From assembly GCA_964016885.1 (NCBI GenBank), contig OZ024758.1, forward strand, positions 10,168,001 to 10,232,000: a DNA stretch of 64,000 nt, in the 5' to 3' direction. Under the pieces are notes generated by a model. It ran no database searches. It had not been told where the DNA came from and was given only the letters and a program-made list of their open reading frames with translations. Source of the DNA: Eledone cirrhosa. Its lineage: Eukaryota. The stretch's first letter is position 1. Each line of letters begins with the position of its first letter. Below are positions 49,901 to 59,308 of this stretch, piece after piece. The position numbers were made by a program, and so were the translations under genes.

Positions 49901-52900
49901 AGTGAACTGTCTTCAACAGTATGGATAATTCTAATATGATTCTCATCTAAATTTGGAATGTTAATGTGGCCCTTTCATGCAAAAAGTTTGGGGACCACTA
50001 CTCTTGATAAACACGTGTTCTAGACAGCAAAGACTGGCCTTTCTCTTCAGAGCCAGAAAATACTTCACTCCTAAGAATTACTACCTTGATTAAGATTTGT
50101 TTTGTTTGTATCGGAATACTTTTTTGATCTTGGAGTTGGAGGCCCTTAAAAATAAAAAAATAAAAAAATGTAACTATTTGTTACAGCTAATGAATGAAAC
50201 TAAAATGAGCCTAAACATTTTTTTTACAGAGAAAACTTGACATCTGATACATATTTAATGTCACAAATGGATGCTGATCAGTATGTGGCTATATCAGCTG
50301 TGGCAAATTTCAGTCAGGTTCAGCGATTAACAAATAATCATGACCTGGTTGTCGATGTTCTTCGAGGTGAGTTTTAATAATCTTAAATTGCTGCAAAATA
50401 TCTCTACAATAAATCTTCATCAAATTCTACATCATTAAGAAGAATGACTTACATGGTGAAAAGCCACATTCTACACGAGGTGCCTCTGGTATGGCTTATC
50501 ATAGGATAGTCTAGCAGAACAGGCCTGATCTAGAGAAGTAAACCTTGATAAAGATCCTACATGTCTCCCAGTAAGCAGTAGCTCTTGCAGTGATCATCAG
50601 TTTAATTAGACGACCTTGTTGTCGTGAACATCAGTGGCTTCGCAGACGATCGATTATTAATTCAACAATGGTTTAGGACAACTGCTCCAGTTAGTGGGGA
50701 AATCTATGAGTATGCAGGTGTGGTGAGCCACATGTATTCTAGCCATTAGAAAAAGCAAAATGAATGATTTACATTACTCTATATTTACTATTATATTTTC
50801 TTGGTAAAGGCTTTCTCACAAAATATCGAAGCTATGAAATTTTGATATTATTTATTTTGAGAACAATACTTTGACATCAGTATGAGCAGCCAGTTACAGC
50901 CGGATATGTCCGGTTTAAATGCTAAAGGGTTAAGAAGAAAAACTAAAAACCATATTTGAAATATTCATTAACCACAAACACTTATAGCAATACTGTTAAG
51001 ACTTTCCATTGAATGTTTAACTTACTATCTATATTCACTGTATTTATTTTGCTATTTATAGAGTGTCAGAATGTACAAGTTGATGATAAAGGTGAAAAGG
51101 TGCGGCCTAATCACAACAGATGTATTGTGATACTACGTGAAATTCCAGCATCTACCCCCGTTCAAGTAAGGCTCCTTTAAAAATTGAATGCATATTCTAT
51201 TTTAATAATTGGTGCTCGTATATCTATTAGATGAAAAGATTCAACTAAACTAGTTTCTTGTTAACCAAGAAAATCTGGAAAATATTCAGTTTTAATACGA
51301 TAATAAATTCTTTTTGCTAATATTTGCATATATAAGCTTAATGTTACTGTAATTTAGAAGAAAGTTATGCTTTTATTGTATGAATTTATTTTAATGTTGC
51401 TGTGAATTTTATTGGTCTCTATAACCATTTTTCTTTCTCCCTAACTTTCAGGATGTTGAAGATCTATTTTCCGGTAGCAATTGCCCCAAATTTGTTAGCT
51501 GTGAATTTGCGCACAATGATAATTGGTACGTGACTTTTGATTCTGATGAAGATGCTCAAAGAGCTTACCAATATCTACGTGAAGAAATAAAGTCTTTTCT
51601 GGGAAAACCAATAATGGTAAGTGTTTATTTCTTGAATTTGAAGTATAAAGTACTTTTGCCAGAGAGAGACTAAACATAAGAGGAGACTGCGTTGGTATGG
51701 CCATGTGATGTGTATGAAGGACGGCAGCTGTATAAAAAAGTGCAGTGCAATGAAAATTGATGAAAGCTATGGAGTGGGTAGACCACGAAAAACCTGGGAC
51801 GAGGTGATAAAAACTGACCTTGCTCATTTACACCTCTCGAGGACTGTCACTGGATCGAGATCTTTGGCGCCATGCAGTTGTACAGAAGACTCGCATTCCC
51901 TTGCATACAAACTTAGTCAGTAGGCACCTCTTAACCCAATATACACCCTAACCCATCCTCCCATTTCTGTCCACTGTGTCGATGACAACAAAAAGCACCC
52001 AGTCCACATTGTAAGGTGGCTGTGTAGAAGACATGGTAAAGGTGGTTGGTGTTAGGAAGGGCATCCAGCCGTAGTAAACCTGCCAGAGACATGGTCTCCC
52101 GGCCATTCCCACATCAAATGGAATAAGACCGTCTAACTCATCCTAGCATGGAAGATAGACGTTAAACGACAATGATGATATATATTCACTTTAACCACTT
52201 TAAATACTAATTATGCCAATTTGATAAAAACTGGGTGACCTATTTGAGCGGTCAGTAAAGGACTTCATTTTCAGGGTTGAGTGATGGGGCTTCTATCTCA
52301 CCTCAAACTGGCAGGAATCTCATTATAGCATTTCTGTGTTCTATTTTGTTGTACCAGCTTTGTGACCCCTATAAGCTGAATATAGAGAAGGGAACCATTG
52401 TTTTACCTTGCAAATTGAGATGGGTATATATGTTTGCATACTGGCTTAAATCATTGATTTCGCTGGGGTATGAACTTGTCCTCACATAACTGGTTGTCAA
52501 ATCATCTCAACCTTTTAGTTACTGTCTAATGCGTGTGTATATATATATATTACATGTTTCTATGTTCTAATAGGGTTGGACCTATTTGTTTTAAATTGTT
52601 TTTATGAGTTATATATTAAACTGTTGAAATGTCTATTATAATCACCAGGCTCGAATAAAAGCTAAACCCCTAATACGGTCGACATATGTACCAAGAAATG
52701 GGTTAAAACCACAGTTTGAACAGCAAGCTTATAATTCAACACAAAGATATGCTGCATATGTACCAAATTTAAATTTTCAGCAAGTATGTTAAGTTTTATT
52801 TTTGTTTATTTTTTCAAGTACTCTGGGTAGGTTTTAAATGCATTTCATATTAAATAAAACATCCAGAAATATTGTAATGGAATGTACTAATTATATCAAT

Positions 52901-55900
52901 TGACTTGCGTGGTTTAGTGGTTAGAGAATTGGATTCATAATTGTGGGGTTGTGAGTTCAATTCCTGGACGATGCGTTATGTCCTTGAGCAAAACACTTAT
53001 TTTATACTGCTCCTTCTGCCAGCGACCAGTAGATAGTATTTAGCAATTGGAAAGACCAACGGAAACATTTTTTCCTTGGTCTGGTTTGACGAGTTCCACC
53101 CCATTCGATAAGTGAAAGAGATTTGGTATCTTGTGTATAGTTCCTGGGAAGGAAGAGCGATCAAAATGATGAATTTTGTATTATTTAGTTAATTTGTTAA
53201 TGCCATTTGCAAGAATTATCTGAACGTTTTCAAAATATGTAAGTGTATACACTCAAACAATGGCTTGAATCATTTATAATGCTACATAACAATTGTAAAT
53301 TAAACATTAAAATATGAGTAATGGTTTATTTACCCTAAAAGTGTGATCTTTCTCACAAAAAGAAAAAGAAATGAAATACAAACACTTAGATAAAATCTTT
53401 ATTATAGAAAGTACAAGAAAGTATTAAATAATAAACTATAAACCTTCATAAATATTTCAACACACATTACCTAGGTTTCTTGTATTGTAATGACTAGCCA
53501 CATAATCATAAGCTCTACAATGTGTACATCTTTTGTTTCAACTTTCACATATATACACCCCCTATCAGATACACATATTAGTGTTCAGAAAAAATATTCC
53601 TTCCGACAAGTAGTTTGAATTCAGTTTTGGATGAAGAGTTTGCATTAATCAATATTTAAAGTTTCTGATATTTTAAGGGGGAATAAGTCAGTTACAGAGA
53701 GATTTAATTACAGTTACAAGTGGAGACGATTCTTTGTAATTACCTTTATTGCCAATATATTTAGTTTGATTTTTTTTATTTCTTCCCACTTTCCTCTTTT
53801 ATAGTTATATTATCCCGTCATGCCTTCTTGGCCAACAGCTGGCCACACCATAATGGATCCTAGCATGGTAAGAGATTTTACAACCACTTTTTAACCTATC
53901 CTGTCTGACCATTAAATATTTTTTTTATTTCTGTGGTTTTTTGTTTGACTGATTAACATTTTTATTTTAAGGTATTTGCAATGAATGGATACCAAGCAAC
54001 TAGTGTCAAACTAAGTACTCCTGGTAGACATCCGTTTCCAAGTATGCGTGTTGGGTAAGCATTATTTATACATCATACTATATAAAACACGTTATGTTTG
54101 CTAGTTATTATATTTTAGTTGGCATGTGATTCTTTCTTCACCCAGTGGTGGAATCTTTGTCAACCTTGGCATACTTTGCTGCATCTTATGTTTAGATATA
54201 ATAGAAATACTTGTCAATTGCTTGTCCAAATTTAATTTAAGTCTCCACAGCCTGTCTACGGAACAGGTTTGATTTTGAAATCTATATTTTTAGAGTTGGC
54301 AGCGAAGAATGGAACAGTTTTCAAAATACTAATCTTTCTGTTACCATATTTCAACAACGATTTGGAAGGAATTAAAATTTTCTATTTTCTATATAAATGA
54401 TCACTAAATTATTAAATGTTGTCTGGCAATACTTGGTATTTAAAAAAAAATATCCAGTGCAGAAATATATTGAATAATGTTTATTTAACCATCTCTAGAT
54501 ACGTATTGCATCCTCAACTATTTAGTTGTAGAGAGACTAACATATAATGGTTATATAATACTTTGATCTACAAACTAGGCGAATTCTGAAATATTTTTCC
54601 TTTCAGCTTTATGGCTTATTTCCCCTTGCAACATGTAATCTATTGTGGCACTATCTCATGTTAACTCTGGGCCCTTGTGTCTAACTTTACTTTCCACCTG
54701 GACTCCCGAGCAAAAAAAAGTAAATAGCTGCATACACAGGACCAAATCAACACCCTTCACCTAGATTTACATCATCTCCATCACCCCTATCAGTATCGGC
54801 TGTGAGGGCTACACCAAATTTGTTCACCCAAATCACTCTCACTGTCTGCGAAATTCTTGTTTATCAGACAGTGCTAGGCGGCCATTTCGCTGGAAAAAAA
54901 ATGTCTTCCTCTTAAATTAAAAACAAAAGTTAACAGCTATTGGGAATGACATTAAAAATGAGTCTTAAACACGTAACTACAAAGCTGCAATGTGATTGGT
55001 TGCCTATTTCGAGTAGCTTACCTTATTTTTCTACGTTTGTTCATTATTGTTTTAACAGGGATCCAGTAGAGATTACATCAGGTTATTACTGCTTTAGCGG
55101 GAATACAACACAACAGGGGTAACATCCTATATAATGATTTAGTAAAACAAGTTTGTTAATTAAAATATTTACAGTAGACATATTACTAGTGAAGATGTTT
55201 TAGAGCAAAGACCAATTTCTTATGAGATGCAGACATAGTGCTGATTTGTGGTACAGGAGGACATTGAGTTAAATATAGAAATGTTGTAAAAACCAGGATT
55301 ATAATGCAGCAGAAATTACAGTGGAGGAGATGCTATATAGAGAGAACCAAGCTGTATGCTTTATGACCAGTGTTTATCTGTCACTTGGAAGTAACTTTCC
55401 AGTTTTGCCAATGAGGAAACCATATATCTGCTTGCTCTGGTTTTTGACTGACTGACACAGTAAGGAGTTTCATTCTACATTATGCTTAAGTGGTTAGCAG
55501 GAATAGACATCCACTTGTAAAAAAATATTTTCTTCAGGGGTAAAAAACAAAAAAAACTATTCTACGTTGTTAGATGACATCAACATATATAAAAAAAAAT
55601 GTTATGCCATGAGTGATTTATATTGTTTACTATGGCCACTTTATTTCTATCATTAGTCATGAAAGAACATTAATACTACATTTAAAAATAGTCAATAACT
55701 GATTTGTGAATTAAACTTTTATTTATGCTCAAAATGTTGAATTATCAATAAATACCATTTATGATTCACCCATATATTTGCATTCACGTATAGTTCCAGT
55801 ACTCTTTATCCTTTCATTATTGGTAATTTTCTCTCCACTTCCCCTTTTTACCCCACCAAACATTTTGTTCAGTCCCAAGTCATCCTTATTCAAACAAGTG

Positions 55901-58900
55901 TATGATCAAAAGCGTTCAAGCAATATCCACGCTTTCTTTTAACCGGCCGTATCCGGCCAGAAATGTCTCAAACCAGTTGAAACTAGCTGCTTTTACTGAT
56001 GTTAAGGTATTGTTCTCAAAATAAATATCAAAATCTCATAGATTCGATATTATGCGAGATAATTATGTAAGATAAAGTGTTTACTACAAAAATACGATAG
56101 TATATATAGAGTAATGCTAAAGAGTTAATTCAGATATATCTTGAAATACAATATCTAATGTGATTGTTTTTTAATTGGTGAATAAATCTCTAAATCATAA
56201 TTTTTTATCAACTAAGAATGTTTTTCTGAAAATTAACACTGGTTGAAGATTTATAACTTAGAGATTATGTATTTAGTCTGTCAATATATATTTATTTTAT
56301 ATATAACTGATATATTGTGTAAAATTGTTTCTTTACAACCAAAGCTAGTATGAAATTTTCATGAGGTGATTGTGTCACAACTTCCAGATGTACTTGAATT
56401 GATATGTAGCAAAAAGTCCAGTTTGGGATTTTAAAAGCAATATAAAATATTTTTTGAGGAAGTGCATCTTTAAATGCTAATTTCTCCTGATTTACACACT
56501 GAATATTAAAGGGCACTAAATCTTTTTCTCCATATTTTAACTCCAAATATATAGACAGCCTAATTTAATTGAAATTATCACCACAGCATTTATCAGGTTA
56601 CATTTTTTTTTTCCTCCTCCCTTAGTCGTACTGCAAAGCCAAATCGTCTTAATCAAGAGAGAGCCAGTAGCGATAGTCGGTTACCTCATGATCGTCACCA
56701 GAATCCAAATGCTCATCGGTCCAGTCCAAGGAGTACAGAAAATACTCACGTGACATCACCTTTGTTTTCCAACCGGAAAGGTGTTGACAATTGTAGTCAT
56801 CACAGTCATACAACCCACCATCATCACTCTAGCACAACCGGGGGTAGTGCTACAACTACAACTACTACTACTACTACTACTACTACTCACTCATCTACCA
56901 ATGTAGACTCCAGTTCTTCAATGACTATCAGCCACTTAGCAGATTCTAGTAAAGATTCTACAGCCCCACAACCGCAGAGGTATGGCAACAGAGATTCATT
57001 GTTTCCTTCATGTTGTTATATACTTTGATCATTTGGTTTCCTAAATTGAAATAATACACTGAACCCTACAGGGAAATATTACACCATTTTCATTTCTTGT
57101 TTTCAATATCTTTATATCTTCTAAAGTAAATATAAAAAAATTGTTGGATATTTATAGTTTCATGTATTCAAACTCTTAATCTTTTGAGATAATGTCACAA
57201 AATCCTCTCTTTTATATCCTATTAATTTAAGCTACTTTCTGTGTATTTACAGGAAAATTTACAAAAACCGGAGAAAAAGAGATGATGATAATTCTAAATT
57301 ATCTGTAAGTGTAGTTTGCATTATTTTTGGTGTGTTGTATAAAATATTTTAATATGAATCATTAGTATTCCAATCTATTGATATAAAAAAATAACTATTT
57401 TCCATTTTTAGCGCCAGACTTCATCTCTATCTACCAATAACAAATTTACCGAGCCATTATTTGAATTTGAGTCTAATTCGTTCCCGCCATTACCAGGATC
57501 ACAAGTAAGTTAATAGCTACTGTGCAGTTTTGTTCGTTTAAAGTTGTTTCTCATTACAGTATCTCTTTAACCCTTTTGTTACTAACCTATCCATTCTTGT
57601 AGAATATAAACTCATTTGAAATTAACTGCATTTAACCTATTGATATTTCAATCAAAAACATCAACACAGTGATGTTAGCCGACATCATGGTTTAACGTCC
57701 ATTTTCCACGCTAGCATGTGTAGCATTGTATTAGTGACAAACATATTTCACTAGATAGACACTTAACTGTGCAGCATCCAATATTTTGACAGGATTTTAG
57801 AAATTTTGTATCCTTTAAATTTTCTTCTTTAATGTTCTCCTTTCCCAACTATATAGTTATATAAGCTTCTGAATTAGAATGATTTGTAGAATGCTGCAAA
57901 TAAAAAAAAAATACATCAAGCCCGGTGGACTTTGAATATATATTAATCAGTAACTCATTTTGTATGTTATTTATCCCTTTAGTATTTAAACTGGCTGTAT
58001 CTGGCCAGAAATCTCTCACCTCTTTCTGTTCAAACCAGCTGTAACCAGCCACTCATATTTATGTTAAGGTATTGTTCTCCAAATATCAAAATCTCATTGA
58101 TTCAATATTATGTGAGATAAAACCTTTAACACGAAAATTCAGTAGTAAATATAGGATAATGTAAATGCTAAAGGGTTAAACAAAATTGAAAAGACTTTCA
58201 GATTTTAGCTGTTTAGACAAAATTCCATATAATTGAGATGTATTTAACCCTTTAGCATTCACATTAATTTGTCAAATGTCATGTTTATTTCATATGATTT
58301 TCAGTTAATTGTATTCAAGAAGGTGATCAATTTTATTTGTTTGTAATTTTCTTAATTTTGTGGTTATCACTACTTTCACAAGCCATGTTGAAACACACAA
58401 AAAATCTGTTGTACTTTCAACGTTAAAAAAACACGTTAATTTTCGCCTAATCTTGAATTGAGATTTTGATGACAGTATTGTTTATTTTTAGAACGATATG
58501 TCAGTGTGGGTGTTGGCCGGTTTGAACAAATAAAAGGGAAATAATTTTGGTCGTTTTGAATGCTAAAGGCTTAAAACATCTTTCATTTATTAATACTTTA
58601 GCAGAACCAATTCAGGATTTCTTTAGAATTTCATTGAAATACATAAGGTGGTTTTAGATAACAAAAGGGTTAAATGATATAGAATTTTGAAGTTTACATG
58701 CACTGTTTTTACATTTCTTTCTAAATTTTTTTTTTATATTGTTTGCATCATAAAATTTATTAATTTTTCTTTTACCAGAATAATGCAGCATCAGGAGAAA
58801 AATTTGAGAATAAATTGTCAGATGTAGTGCGGGGTACTGCTAAGCTATTGGTTAAAGAATCTGTGATCACTGCTCCACTGGTGACTACCACGTCTTCCCC

Positions 58901-59253
58901 TGGTACCACCAATACCAATAATGCAGTTGTTGTATCTTCCTTGAATACTGTTGCTGAAGTAGCTATTTCAAGCCAACTTCCAGCACAATCACCAGTAAAC
59001 AAAGATACATCTTCTGCAGTTGCAGCTCCTCTGTTGACACCAGCTACTGCTGTCAGCTGCACTACTACTCTGACTGTTGCCCCACCTGTCACCTCAACAT
59101 TGCCATTAAGTGCTTCAGTCTCAACTTCATCAACCTGTATTTCAACACCTTCTGTACCTGCAGCTATTAGCCAGCCTATTGCGCCAACAAAGTAAGTTTT
59201 TCTTTTTATAAAGAATGCTTTCCTATACACTGAATTGTTTTATCTGACTTTTC

Positions 59254-59308
<55 letters not shown>

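Noticed and set aside
52905-52980. tRNA gene
   Set aside because: A and B boxes present but no proper acceptor stem; continues into SINE core
53380-53750. Possible Penelope GIY-YIG remnant
   Set aside because: Too degenerate to support by eye
58772-59230. 152-aa antisense ORF
   Set aside because: Mirror of the low-complexity LARP4 exon; no independent coding features
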